Assembly: GCA_965216565.1 (NCBI GenBank)
Contig: OZ244170.1
Coordinates: 1,824,001-1,888,000, forward strand
DNA length: 64,000 nucleotides
From: Bythopirellula sp.
GTDB lineage: Bacteria; Planctomycetota; Planctomycetia; Pirellulales; Lacipirellulaceae
Direction of reading: 5' to 3'
Positions 40,045 to 50,379 of this stretch are shown here, in pieces. The notes below the pieces were generated by a model. The model was not told the origin of the DNA and searched no databases. It saw nothing but the letters and a program-made list of their open reading frames with translations. Position 1 is the first letter of the stretch. Every line of letters begins with the position of its first letter. Both the position numbers and the translations under genes were made by a program.

Positions 40045-40569
40045 TTAACTGTCTGAAGTCGTTGTACAGGAGTGCCAGTGTCGAATCAGGACAACAATCA
40101 CGCAAACTGCAGCCAGCGCATAAGCAGCAGCAGCACTTTTTACAAAGATCTCAGATTTCAGTTGATCGAGCTGAACAAGCGAGAGCGAACATGAAATCGC
40201 GAAAAATGCCATCAGACTTGCGATAAATCCAGCAAAGAAGAACCGGTCCACCTCGCGATATCGGCGGTTGCTTTCCAACCAGTGTTCCCAGCCTGACGTT
40301 TCTTGCATCTTCGCCTCGATTTCTTCACGCAAAAATCTTCCTGCGCGAATGATGCTGTTCTGTTCGACGGCATAGGCTAACACCATAACAAGCAAAACAA
40401 TTGGAATCGCAGCACTTGCGAATGCCGTGGGTAGCACCGCACCCAGGTAGCCGGCGGACACAATAATCAAAGTTCCTAGTACTAGAATCCAAAAGGAACG
40501 TGTCTTTGATTCGCGGATTTCCTCTCTCAAGGAGAGGTACATCTGTTTTTGAAATTCATCGGTATTCAT
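40045..40569 (-). CDS. Hypothetical four-TM membrane protein
   Basis: 174 aa with four hydrophobic segments; YLSLREEI..RAGRFLREEIE..GWEHWL. Confidence 0.75.
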   Translation of the reverse strand: MNTDEFQKQMYLSLREEIRESKTRSFWILVLGTLIIVSAGYLGAVLPTAFASAAIPIVLLVMVLAYAVEQNSIIRAGRFLREEIEAKMQETSGWEHWLESNRRYREVDRFFFAGFIASLMAFFAISCSLSLVQLDQLKSEIFVKSAAAAYALAAVCVIVVLIRHWHSCTTTSDS

Positions 40570-40728
40570 GAGTTACAAGTTCCTTCGTCCCAAGACAAAG
40601 CTTGGGTGAAACATAGGGTTATTTCTCTTTAGTTCTCATGGTCTCCCTCACTCGGCAAACCGAAGTTCTAGCAGCTTGCGGTGAGTTTCGAATTGAGTTG
40701 CGTCTAAAACACCCTCGAGCGTGTTGGT

Positions 40729-42207
40729 TTAAGATTTCTTGGCCGGGTCGGTGCCATTTATCCAAGGCCCCTCCAGCGACTGGTAAGGTTTCGGATATAG
40801 GACGCTTCCCTTGTCGCCAGCGTCCCATCCGGCAACATGACTCGGTTCGGCTCCCGTGGCAGAATCGTGCTCCCACTTCTTGGCCCAAGAATTGTTGCCG
40901 TCTGAGATTGTCATCGTCTCTTTGTCGAAATGGAAAACCTTACCTTCCCGGTAGCTGCGAGCACCCAACTTCACGAGCACCATAGCGGCAGCACCAAGCT
41001 CCGGAGAGCAGTTCACCGCGTCAGGGTCGTCGGCTCGAACAGCATCGACAAAGTTTTTGAAATGCGACAGGGAAGTGTTCTCGACCTTGCCAACCTCGAC
41101 ACGCTCATTCTTTATCGAACTATCGTGTGTCACTTGAGGACGTTCAGCGACGAAGTCGTAACCCGCAAACTCTTCTCCGGTACCAAAGACTACCGATCCA
41201 TGGTGTCCGCGGATGAGTTGGCGAATCGGCGTATTGCCGCAACACATCGTCGCGGTGACCAATCCCTGTACTCCTTCGTCGAAGTCTGCAACAACCGTTG
41301 CCACATCCGGAACCTGACGGCCATCTAATTCCAGGAAGATTCCCCCGGCTCCCACCACTCGGCCTGGGAATCGCAACCCAGTTGCCTTGAGCATAGAAGT
41401 GCTACGATGAACGAAAAGATCAGTGAACATGCCTGATCCGAAGGGCCAATAGCAGCGCCACTGGGCATACTTCGCTCGATCGAATGGCATGGAAGGGGCC
41501 AAGTCGAATTCCGTGCCTAAGAACATATCCCAATCAATATTCTTGGGCGTCATGTCTTCGCCCAAGCCGTAGTAACGCCACTGTCCCATATCGGAATTGC
41601 GGAAGAATTCGGTTTGATACTGCAAGACTTTGCCGAGTTTGCCATCACGGATGGACTGATTCACGTGCTGCCAAACAGGCAATGCTGTTGATTGCACACC
41701 AACTTGCATGACCTTGCCCGACTCTTTCCACGCTTTGTGGACTGCCAGTGCCTCTTCCACAGTATGCGTCATCGGCTTTTCGCAGTAGACATGCTTGCCG
41801 GCTTTCAACGCATCGATAGTTTGACGAGCATGCCAATGATCAGGAGTCGAGATACAGACCGCGTCGATCGAATCGTCAGCAAGTATCTCTCGGTAGTCAC
41901 CAGTTACCAAAGGCTCGTTGCCCATGGCCTCCTTCACTCGATTGGCAGCTTGGTCCCGATGTCGATTAAACACATCACAGACGGCTGCAATTTCTAGCGA
42001 GGCGTCCTCTTCATGAATCTTGAAGGAACTATCCAAGTGGGCCCCACAACGTCCACCCATGCCGATAAAGCCAATTCGCAACCTTTCGTTCGGACCCGTT
42101 GCGTTTCCTTTTGTAGCGGCCAATAACGATGGCACGGCAGCAAGCGAACTGACTCCGGCTACGGATGCACCGATAAAATTGCGTCGAGAATAAGAATCTT
42201 CTGCCAC
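40729..42207 (-). CDS. Tat-exported Gfo/Idh/MocA-family oxidoreductase
   Basis: SRRNFI Tat motif, GFIGMGGR, TPDHWH and HVYCEKPM. GTG start after AAGGAG. Confidence 0.92.
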   Translation of the reverse strand: MAEDSYSRRNFIGASVAGVSSLAAVPSLLAATKGNATGPNERLRIGFIGMGGRCGAHLDSSFKIHEEDASLEIAAVCDVFNRHRDQAANRVKEAMGNEPLVTGDYREILADDSIDAVCISTPDHWHARQTIDALKAGKHVYCEKPMTHTVEEALAVHKAWKESGKVMQVGVQSTALPVWQHVNQSIRDGKLGKVLQYQTEFFRNSDMGQWRYYGLGEDMTPKNIDWDMFLGTEFDLAPSMPFDRAKYAQWRCYWPFGSGMFTDLFVHRSTSMLKATGLRFPGRVVGAGGIFLELDGRQVPDVATVVADFDEGVQGLVTATMCCGNTPIRQLIRGHHGSVVFGTGEEFAGYDFVAERPQVTHDSSIKNERVEVGKVENTSLSHFKNFVDAVRADDPDAVNCSPELGAAAMVLVKLGARSYREGKVFHFDKETMTISDGNNSWAKKWEHDSATGAEPSHVAGWDAGDKGSVLYPKPYQSLEGPWINGTDPAKKS

Positions 42208-42232
42208 AACGTCTCCTTTGAAATTCTATTTA

Positions 42233-44254
42233 CTATTGAACAACGGGGTTATCCAAAACCCGTCGCCTGTTGAGAAGTGGTGTCACAACTAGTGAAGCTA
42301 ACACCAAAACAAGTGTTCCAGGCTCAGGAACTGTACTCAAAGCTGCGCTGATGGGTGGCGCACTGCCGTATTGATTTTCCCAAATCACGAGGTCGTCGTT
42401 ATCCACATCGCCATCTCCGTCAGCGTCACCCTGGGATTGTGTCGAGCCACTTCCCAGTCCTTGCTGCCAAATAAGGAAATCGAGACCATCTACCAAACCA
42501 TTTCCATCAAAGTCTGCGTTGTCCGAAGTAGCTAAGCTACCAAAGAATTGAATGTCGCCGATCTGCATGATTGGATCATTCGTGTCACGTAGATCGGTGA
42601 AAATCATGCGATAAGAAGTATAGGCCGATGTATTGGTGACGCTCACCACATCGCCTTCAGTCAACCGAGCCAGGGGGACTTCGTTGGGGTCAAATGCGCC
42701 AAAGTCGATCAGCACCCAATTCTCGCCGTCGCCCAGGCTGTTGTCTTCGCTGACGATCGCATCGTTGGTTCCATAAAGAGCCCAAGCGGCGGGATCCCGC
42801 AAGTCAGCATCATTGGCCGTTGTGATCTGGAAACCGTCTATCACAGACGAACCCACTGTAGGCGTTACGATAAAGCCACTATTCTTATCGCCAAAGTTGA
42901 GATACTTAGTGAGCGCTGCTCCATCGATAGCATTGGCAGGAGATTCGTTGACTGGGTAGTCACTCTGTGGCAAGAAGTCGGCATCGATAGCTAGGATCGG
43001 ATCGTTTGGATCCAATACAGCAGAGCCGGTTCCACCTGTTCCCGTGAAAAACTCTGCTTCGCCCAAGTGCATAATAGGGTCACCAAGGTTTTTTGTCGTA
43101 GGAAAGAGTATTTTGTACGAACTGTAGGTATTTCCATTGGAGACATCTACGAAGCTTCCTTGGGCATCGCGGGTTGCTGGGGTGTCGGTAGTTCCCGTAT
43201 CGATGAATGTCCAGTTTTCGCTAGTTCCCAAGCTGTGATTCGCGCTGGATATCGTTTCATTGGTGCCGTAAAGTTCCCAAGTGGCTGGGTCACGTTCGAC
43301 AAAATCCTGTGCCGTGGAGAATCGCATACTTTGTACCTGCGACGATCCCGAGGCAGGAGTCACAATGAATCCGGAGTTGGCCCCACCAAAGTTGAGATAC
43401 TTATTGGCTCCTGCGAGACCATCGATAGATTTCTCTGGCCCCTCGCCCGGGGGCGACGCACTCAACGAACTGCCATCGGTATCGATTGCAATAATCGGGT
43501 CTCCAGGTAAAAGCAATTCATTGGATCCAGTCAGACCGATATCTACAGCAAACGAACCTGTCGCCACTAAAGTGCCGGTCACTGTGACATCGGCATTGTT
43601 CGATTCATCAACAGCAATTGTATCTGAGAAGTTTATGGGAAAGTTTAGAGCGGCTGTGAACTGAGTCAGGTTCTGTACTGTTGAGCCTTGAGTCAGATTG
43701 ATCGTCGCTGCAGGAGTGGCAGGACCTGGGCCTTCGACCGGATCCTCTAAAGTTGCCAGATTTACTTGCGTTGTGATGAAGTCAGAGACATCCAGAATGC
43801 CTTGGTTGAAGGCTGTGGTGTGGTCGGAAGCATTGAATGTATAGGACAGGTTGCCACCACCAGTCGAGGTGATTGATGCTGGAGGCGCGGATGTATTTAG
43901 CGTGCCACCCAACCCAAGGGCATCGATGTGGATGTTCAAGATTCCACCAAGCAACGGCAGATCGAACATCATCGTGTTGTCCGCGGTATAGCTTCCACCG
44001 GTGAAGTTCAAACCGTTTATCAACGGCGTCCCTCCCGAAGGATCAATTGAAAGAATCGAATTGATCGAGCCACTGAGGGGGCTGCTATCCGTATCGGTTG
44101 CTTGACCTTGCACACCGGTTTCGATGGTTACACTCGATTGGGTGTTATCAACAGCAAACATAACAGGACGATCAACGGCCTGCGATTCGCATGCAATCGC
44201 TCCCAGAATAACAATACTTAACGAGATTCTAAGTAACTTGTTTAATCGATTCAC
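42233..44254 (-). CDS. PEP-CTERM protein: unknown N-domain, two discoidin-like repeats and dockerin-like module (paralog of 34964-37990)
   Basis: N-domain aligns by eye with the 37990 gene; two KYLNFG repeats; VPEPG tail. GTG 44254 follows GGAG. Confidence 0.86.
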   Translation of the reverse strand: MNRLNKLLRISLSIVILGAIACESQAVDRPVMFAVDNTQSSVTIETGVQGQATDTDSSPLSGSINSILSIDPSGGTPLINGLNFTGGSYTADNTMMFDLPLLGGILNIHIDALGLGGTLNTSAPPASITSTGGGNLSYTFNASDHTTAFNQGILDVSDFITTQVNLATLEDPVEGPGPATPAATINLTQGSTVQNLTQFTAALNFPINFSDTIAVDESNNADVTVTGTLVATGSFAVDIGLTGSNELLLPGDPIIAIDTDGSSLSASPPGEGPEKSIDGLAGANKYLNFGGANSGFIVTPASGSSQVQSMRFSTAQDFVERDPATWELYGTNETISSANHSLGTSENWTFIDTGTTDTPATRDAQGSFVDVSNGNTYSSYKILFPTTKNLGDPIMHLGEAEFFTGTGGTGSAVLDPNDPILAIDADFLPQSDYPVNESPANAIDGAALTKYLNFGDKNSGFIVTPTVGSSVIDGFQITTANDADLRDPAAWALYGTNDAIVSEDNSLGDGENWVLIDFGAFDPNEVPLARLTEGDVVSVTNTSAYTSYRMIFTDLRDTNDPIMQIGDIQFFGSLATSDNADFDGNGLVDGLDFLIWQQGLGSGSTQSQGDADGDGDVDNDDLVIWENQYGSAPPISAALSTVPEPGTLVLVLASLVVTPLLNRRRVLDNPVVQ

Positions 44255-44305
44255 AATACTTCTCCGCAATAATCATTGATAAGAACTGTTTTCCATAGAA
44301 AAGGG

Positions 44306-46432
44306 TTACACCGGCGAACGTTTATAAGGACTCGATAAGGGCTCGTCCGAGGTAGGCTTTGTCTGAGGCAATACTGGCTGAGGCGGGTCGATTCGTAATG
44401 CAGGAGAGGTTGGTTGCTCCCATGTGACCTGCTCAAAAACATTGCAAGGGGCCGACACCATTTGCCCACTGCCCGGACAAAGCGGAAATCGACCCATCGC
44501 CGCGAGCACATACCAGGCACTCATTTCACCATTATCTTCATCGCCCGGCAGATTCTCTGGAGTGTAAAGCCCGAGCATTACCCGCTCGACTTGCTGACTT
44601 GTCCAATCCGGTCGCCCCAGTGCGGCGGCATACCACAGAAAGCCATGCACGGGCTGGTTGGAATGTGCATATTGTCCGAAAGATTTTCCTTGCTGGTCAA
44701 CGGCATTTGCCATCTCGCGCATCTCATGGATCGACTCTGCGTAAGTGCCAACCCGGTAAGTTGGCTCAGTAGAAAGCAAAGTATCGAGTCCTTCGACGAG
44801 CGAGTCCTTGCCACCAAACAATTCGGCCAAGCCCTGGGGATCGTGGGGCACATGGAACGAGTGTTGCCAAGCGCTTCCTTCAATGTACGATCCGCCCCAG
44901 GATAGAGGGTCCCAAGGTTCGGTCCAGTCGCCGCTCTGATCTCGTGGCCGCATGAGCTTGGCTGGAGCGTACCAAAGATTCTTGTAATTCTGGCTCCGCC
45001 GCATCAGATGTTCCGCATCTTCGGCGTAGCCAAGTCTTTGAGCAACTTGGGCAATACACCAATCGGAATAGGCGAAGTCGAGCGTCCGGCTTACGCTGTA
45101 CGGTGTAAGGTCAGCAGGCACATATCCTAAGCGGTCGTACAGTTCCAGGCCAAGGCGACCATACATGGCGGGTTCGTCGCTTACTTCAAACGCATTTCGG
45201 CGGATAGCTTGATAAGCTTCTTCGTACTCGAAGCCCGGAATGCCTTGCAAAATGGCACCGCTAAGAACCGAGTCGGAATAGGTACCGACCATACAATTTC
45301 GATAACCAGGACTTGCCCACTTCGGCAACCAACCTTTGTGGCGATAAGCTTGGAGAAATCCCTCGACGATGTCGCCATAACCTGTGGGATCAATTAAAGC
45401 CAATAGAGGATAGACGGTTCGGTGGGTATCCCAGAAGCCGTTGTTGGTGTAGATCTTTCCGGATCGAATCTCGCCGTCATAGGGGCTGCGGTGCAGGCAA
45501 CCACCCTGTCCGTCCGGTTCATGGCCACACATGGGGAAGAGTCCGACCCGCCACATGGCAGTTGCCAGGCAGCGCTGTGCTGAAAGTGATCCTCCCACAG
45601 CTTGAATCTTCGAGAACCAATTACTCCACAAATCTGACGTCTCTGATGAGACCTGGGATAACGTTTGCGAGCCAATTTCTTGGCCAAGGTTCAAACGTGC
45701 TTGCTCGTGGCTGATGAAACTTGTAGCTACGCGTACAACGACCTTGCGGCTATCGCCAACGCGGACATATGCGCCAGCGCGAGCGCATGAAATTTGGTTG
45801 ACCCCGGCGGCAAGATGCGAGTCGTTAAAGACCCCGCTTTCAGTGGCCGAGGCTTGTATTTCCACAACAAAGTAGCACCCGTACCCCTCGGCACACCCCC
45901 CATGGTTGCTGTAACTCACTCCCAAGATTTCGCAAGTCTGTTCCTTCTCGACAATCTGAACTTCGCCTAACGATAAACCCTCAGCATCTCCTGTTTGCAG
46001 AACAATCGCTGGTTCGCCGGTTTCGGGAAATTTCATTTCGAATAGGGCACATCGACTCGAAACAGAAAAATCGGCCTCGGTACCATAACGCTGAAAGCTG
46101 ATCTTTCCTCGAGCTGGCGTCAGGATGGTGTCCTTAAGCTCAAAACTACTCGCCCTGCTTTCGGGCAAGGTATTGATGGGGCCCACTACAGGAATAATGT
46201 CGAAATGCCCATAGTCACCCATCCACGGCGAAGGCGAATGAGTTGCCCGTATTCCGCAGATAGTGTCTTCCTGGGAATCAAAGGTAAATCGACCATCACT
46301 TGTTTGCGGTGTCCAATATGTCATTCCACGAGGTACCCCGATTGCGGGATAGGTATTCCCGGTGGAGAACTCGCGTCGGCTGTTCGAGCCTTGCAGAGTA
46401 TTGACTAGTTGGAGTGTGTCTTTTCGAAGCAT
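44306..46432 (-). CDS. GH92 alpha-mannosidase, no signal peptide
   Basis: GNTYP, THSPSPWMGDYG, NNGFWDTHRT, WASPGYR..MVG, SRTLDFAY, YIEGSAWQH, HSNQPVH and GDEDNGEMSAWY. Confidence 0.95.
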   Translation of the reverse strand: MLRKDTLQLVNTLQGSNSRREFSTGNTYPAIGVPRGMTYWTPQTSDGRFTFDSQEDTICGIRATHSPSPWMGDYGHFDIIPVVGPINTLPESRASSFELKDTILTPARGKISFQRYGTEADFSVSSRCALFEMKFPETGEPAIVLQTGDAEGLSLGEVQIVEKEQTCEILGVSYSNHGGCAEGYGCYFVVEIQASATESGVFNDSHLAAGVNQISCARAGAYVRVGDSRKVVVRVATSFISHEQARLNLGQEIGSQTLSQVSSETSDLWSNWFSKIQAVGGSLSAQRCLATAMWRVGLFPMCGHEPDGQGGCLHRSPYDGEIRSGKIYTNNGFWDTHRTVYPLLALIDPTGYGDIVEGFLQAYRHKGWLPKWASPGYRNCMVGTYSDSVLSGAILQGIPGFEYEEAYQAIRRNAFEVSDEPAMYGRLGLELYDRLGYVPADLTPYSVSRTLDFAYSDWCIAQVAQRLGYAEDAEHLMRRSQNYKNLWYAPAKLMRPRDQSGDWTEPWDPLSWGGSYIEGSAWQHSFHVPHDPQGLAELFGGKDSLVEGLDTLLSTEPTYRVGTYAESIHEMREMANAVDQQGKSFGQYAHSNQPVHGFLWYAAALGRPDWTSQQVERVMLGLYTPENLPGDEDNGEMSAWYVLAAMGRFPLCPGSGQMVSAPCNVFEQVTWEQPTSPALRIDPPQPVLPQTKPTSDEPLSSPYKRSPV

Positions 46433-46450
46433 ATTGGATTGGCCTGTGAT

Positions 46451-48508
46451 CTAAGTAAGATCAGGTTTCGGGATAAAGGACGCATCTCTGCTGGGTAGTG
46501 AACCTAGATTATTGTTATGAGAGATCGATGGAGACTCCGACAGACTTGTCTCGTACCAATTCGCAGCAGGCAGTCGGCAGTACCAGGTGTAATACAATCC
46601 CACGAGCCCAATCGCGAACAGGCACGTCCAGACAAACACGCCTGACCAATTCTGAATAAGAACTAGCATCGAGAGCATGAACATGCTCACCTGCCAAAGT
46701 AGTGCGAATGGCGTAGCCAGAAGGTCGTAGTAGTGCTCGGAAGCAACTTTCTTCTGTTCTGAATTGCTCAGCTTTTCAAAGAGTGGTCGCCACAATCCGA
46801 AAGGTCGAGTCTTGTCGTAAAAGGCCCACAAAATCTTGTCGTCGACGGGCTTTGACATGAGACTTCCAATCAAAGAACCGGAAGTTCCCGCTGCCATCAC
46901 CAATACAAAAACCAAAAACTCATTCATGTCGGGAGCAAACAGTCGTTGGACGACCGCTGCGAGCATTCCACAAATGGTACCAACGGCAAAACCTATTCCA
47001 GTGAACCTCCACCAATAAAACCGCAATACAGAGGGCCCCAGTAGGCCTGCTGTGAGGCCCATGACGATCCAACTCCATATGTCGTTGATGCTCTCGATTG
47101 TCAGCGCAAAAAGAACACTAAGCACAACCATAAGAATCGCAGCCAGCCAACTCGCATAGATCAGCTCTGGCGAACTTGCCGATGGTCGGAGATAGGCACG
47201 ATAAAAATCGTGGACCACCATCCCTGTGGCCCGGTTCAAATGAGAATCGAAAGTAGACATGAAAGCGCTAATGAGCGCAATGAGTAACAGGCCTCGCATC
47301 CCCGCAGGAATTTTCATCAATAACACCGCGGGCAAAATCTTCTCCGCGTTGATTTCGCCTGTCATACCCAGCAATTTGGTTTTCTGTGAGAAATATTCGG
47401 CGCCAAGAGTATCCTGCAAGCTGCCAATCAAAGCTGCATCTTGGGATTCAGGATCATTGGCAATTTGAGATACAAGGGTTTCCCAGCCGGCCTGATTGAC
47501 TTCTGGGTTGGCATTTCGGATTTGCTCTGCCGCACTGAGGCGTGCTTCCTCGGCAGGCAACAATTCACTCGCTAAGCTCAAGCCCAGGATGGCAATTCCC
47601 ATCATCAGTGGCCACCGTGTTGTCATTAGAGATGTCCACATAAAAGTAAGCGTGCCACATTCTCGATCGTTACGTGCACCAAAGTACTTGGGGTCGTCTC
47701 CCGCGGCCATGCCACCGATCAATTGCCTCAGTAAGTACAAGCCGGCAAACAACATCAAATATTCGTAAGCAGCAAATTGCGTTGGCATCTCAGTGGACCA
47801 TGTCGGCGAACCGGAACTCCAAGATAGATTTCCTGTTACCTGTTCTGCCATTGCTGCAAGACTGGCACTATCGGGAGCAATAGACCAAGCGCTCAGAACG
47901 ACGTAGATTGTGGCTCCAAGAATAAAGACGCCTTGAAAAATGTCAGTAACGACAACGCCATAAAATCCTGAAAATGCGGCATAGAATGTTGCAATCGTCA
48001 GCAAGATCAGTGCACAAACGTTTGGCGAAAGCGGCAAAAAAATTGAGAGAAATTGTCCGGCGCCAAAAACAAGCATCGCGAGCATGCCAATGGTGCTTAG
48101 CACAGCAGCCAACACCGCGGCCAATCGTGCAAACTGCCCGCCGAATCCAGTGCCAAACCGAAATACCATCCAATCTGCCGCCGTCAGGCAGCCAGATCGG
48201 CGATGCCATTTGCCCATCCACAACATCATCATTGCAAGGATCAAACAAGCGCCACCGCGAAATTCGATGAATAAACCGCGAGGACCGATTAAGAATAGGA
48301 ATGCGACAATGATTGCCGTGCCAGCCATGTCGAGCATGCTGGCCATTCCCGAAAACCCTAGCGCCCACCAAGGCATACGACGACCGGCAACGATGTACTC
48401 TTCAAGGCTACCCGACGCGCGTCGTTTGAGCACCCAACCAATGGCCAAAAGCGCAAGCAGATAGAAACCAATGACCGCATAATCAAAGTTATTAAGATTG
48501 CTACTCAC
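46451..48508 (-). CDS. Sodium:solute symporter (SSS)
   Basis: YIVAGRRMPWW, LDMAGT, SAFMSTFDS and FYDKTRPFGLW; multi-TM. Confidence 0.92.
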   Translation of the reverse strand: MSSNLNNFDYAVIGFYLLALLAIGWVLKRRASGSLEEYIVAGRRMPWWALGFSGMASMLDMAGTAIIVAFLFLIGPRGLFIEFRGGACLILAMMMLWMGKWHRRSGCLTAADWMVFRFGTGFGGQFARLAAVLAAVLSTIGMLAMLVFGAGQFLSIFLPLSPNVCALILLTIATFYAAFSGFYGVVVTDIFQGVFILGATIYVVLSAWSIAPDSASLAAMAEQVTGNLSWSSGSPTWSTEMPTQFAAYEYLMLFAGLYLLRQLIGGMAAGDDPKYFGARNDRECGTLTFMWTSLMTTRWPLMMGIAILGLSLASELLPAEEARLSAAEQIRNANPEVNQAGWETLVSQIANDPESQDAALIGSLQDTLGAEYFSQKTKLLGMTGEINAEKILPAVLLMKIPAGMRGLLLIALISAFMSTFDSHLNRATGMVVHDFYRAYLRPSASSPELIYASWLAAILMVVLSVLFALTIESINDIWSWIVMGLTAGLLGPSVLRFYWWRFTGIGFAVGTICGMLAAVVQRLFAPDMNEFLVFVLVMAAGTSGSLIGSLMSKPVDDKILWAFYDKTRPFGLWRPLFEKLSNSEQKKVASEHYYDLLATPFALLWQVSMFMLSMLVLIQNWSGVFVWTCLFAIGLVGLYYTWYCRLPAANWYETSLSESPSISHNNNLGSLPSRDASFIPKPDLT

Positions 48509-50337
48509 TATTGGGCACTCCTTTGCAGATAAGCCTGTGGAGAGGCCTCTGAGGTCGTGCCACTCGTGCCAAATTGGTTTGCTGGCGCGGAGCGAGATGA
48601 CATATGTCGAACTAGCTCGCTGGGAGAATCGACGAGAATCGCAGCATCAAGTTTCTTAGCACACCAAGCAGCAGCAGCGACACCTGCAAATGTTCCGGGC
48701 TGGTGATACTTGGCATCCTGGGTCGCACCTAGCTCTGTGAAGCCAGACCACGCATGAACTGCTATCCAGCCAGACATCGGCACTAGAGTATTGACTTCTT
48801 TCTTTGATCTGGACTGATTTATCATCGCTGCAATTTCGTCCGGCGTGCCGGCCCCGGGGCGATTGGCACTGGACCAAATCGTATGAGTGGCCGAGATGAA
48901 CGGGACGCTGCTGCTATTCGGACGACCAATCTCCCACACACGACCTTGCCCGCCTTCATAGGGGTGGTACTGCATGACGAATGCCGCCTGCAGGGACGGT
49001 GCCGCGGCTGCTAGAACTTCCCATGCCTCTAACGTGTGAGGATTGTCTAGTTGCTCGCAGATCAAAATAATCGAATTCAACCCAGATCGCTTCAGCACAC
49101 TTTCGATTCGACTGCCATACCAACGAAGCAGCGAATCTTTTTCTGCAACCGAACGTTTCGTCCCCAAGTGGTCTACGAAAACGTATTCCGGGGCAACCAA
49201 TATCGAAGTCAACGCAGACTTAGTACGCTGAAGATGCAGGTAAGCATCAGGGGCTACCTCGATTAGATCTGCAATCGGCAAGCCAAAGCCGAAAGGCAAT
49301 GTTTCGAGTTCTGGAGAGTGCCAGTACTTTTTATTCCAGACAAAATCTCCCAAGATCCATTGTAGGTTGTCGCCGTCGCTCAACACAAAAGAAGTGCGAC
49401 GTTTGCTTTTGCCGGTCTGGTCTATTTCTCTAGCGGGCACTTCGTCAAAATGTGGTAACTGCACCTCAGTCGAACCAATCGACAGTGCTGGAAGGTTTAA
49501 GGCCCAATCCGAGGGGCAGAGAACATGCCCCCAACTGCTTAACTGTTGGACTGCCTCGCCTTCCTCTTGAAATTGATTCCAACCATGCACCAAAGCCGGC
49601 GCTTGGAGCCACTCATAGACATGTTCAACTAATTCTGACTTGCCCCGAATCGTGAGCGCTCGATGTGCGATCGCGATAGCACGATTGTTAGGGATTTCGG
49701 TAGATTGCAGGAGTAATTGCTTTTTGTTCAAGCTATTCTTGAATTCTTCAAAGCACCAACTCTCGGTTTTACCACGTGCATCAAGCAACTTGGAAAGCCC
49801 CAGTTTTTTGGCTTGGGCCTCTTGTTGCTCTGAAATCAGAACGCCGCGCAATAAGCCCGCAGCGGTAGTGGCAACGTTCACCGAAACGTCTGCGCTCTCT
49901 TTCGCCTTGCCGCTGCTATACAGGATATAACCAGAAACAATCTCTTGCTTGTGGTATCGAGCAACCAAGTCCCAGACTGTGGCATAACCTCGATCCTCGA
50001 TCCCTGTTCGGTCGAGTAAGTCGCGGCGCCAGGTGTGGTAGCTGGCGTTGTCCCAGAGATCTACATAAACCAGCTCATCTCCTCGTCCTTCATTGACGGC
50101 TTGAGCGGCCAAACCCGCCAGCGATTGTGCCAGAAAGGCATCGTCGCTCAAATTGATTGGCTTCTTGTTCGATTCATCTTTCTGAAAACTCAAGCTATCG
50201 ATAGAAACTAAGCCAGCAGGAGTAGTTTGAAGAGGCCAGAGTCGTGTGCTCTCGGTCGCCGTTGTCTCCCTGCACGATAGCACCACCAATAGCCCCAGAG
50301 CTAGAACGGCTTTCAGGAATGAGGGGCGAATATACAT
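48508..50337 (-). CDS. Second, divergent GxGYxYP-family protein, secreted or lipoprotein
   Basis: SLAGLAAQAVN, SVNVATTAAG, VHGW, PSDWALNL and FVLSDGDNLQW. The eponymous motif is degenerate. Confidence 0.75.
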   Translation of the reverse strand: MYIRPSFLKAVLALGLLVVLSCRETTATESTRLWPLQTTPAGLVSIDSLSFQKDESNKKPINLSDDAFLAQSLAGLAAQAVNEGRGDELVYVDLWDNASYHTWRRDLLDRTGIEDRGYATVWDLVARYHKQEIVSGYILYSSGKAKESADVSVNVATTAAGLLRGVLISEQQEAQAKKLGLSKLLDARGKTESWCFEEFKNSLNKKQLLLQSTEIPNNRAIAIAHRALTIRGKSELVEHVYEWLQAPALVHGWNQFQEEGEAVQQLSSWGHVLCPSDWALNLPALSIGSTEVQLPHFDEVPAREIDQTGKSKRRTSFVLSDGDNLQWILGDFVWNKKYWHSPELETLPFGFGLPIADLIEVAPDAYLHLQRTKSALTSILVAPEYVFVDHLGTKRSVAEKDSLLRWYGSRIESVLKRSGLNSIILICEQLDNPHTLEAWEVLAAAAPSLQAAFVMQYHPYEGGQGRVWEIGRPNSSSVPFISATHTIWSSANRPGAGTPDEIAAMINQSRSKKEVNTLVPMSGWIAVHAWSGFTELGATQDAKYHQPGTFAGVAAAAWCAKKLDAAILVDSPSELVRHMSSRSAPANQFGTSGTTSEASPQAYLQRSAQ

Positions 50338-50379
50338 TCGGCGATGCGATTTGGAATCGATTGGGGTAGTGGCAACGAG

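Noticed and set aside
44306..44440. GH92 as a pseudogene because its C-terminus is short and Pro-rich
   Set aside because: All catalytic motifs are intact and there is no room for a frameshifted continuation before the next gene.
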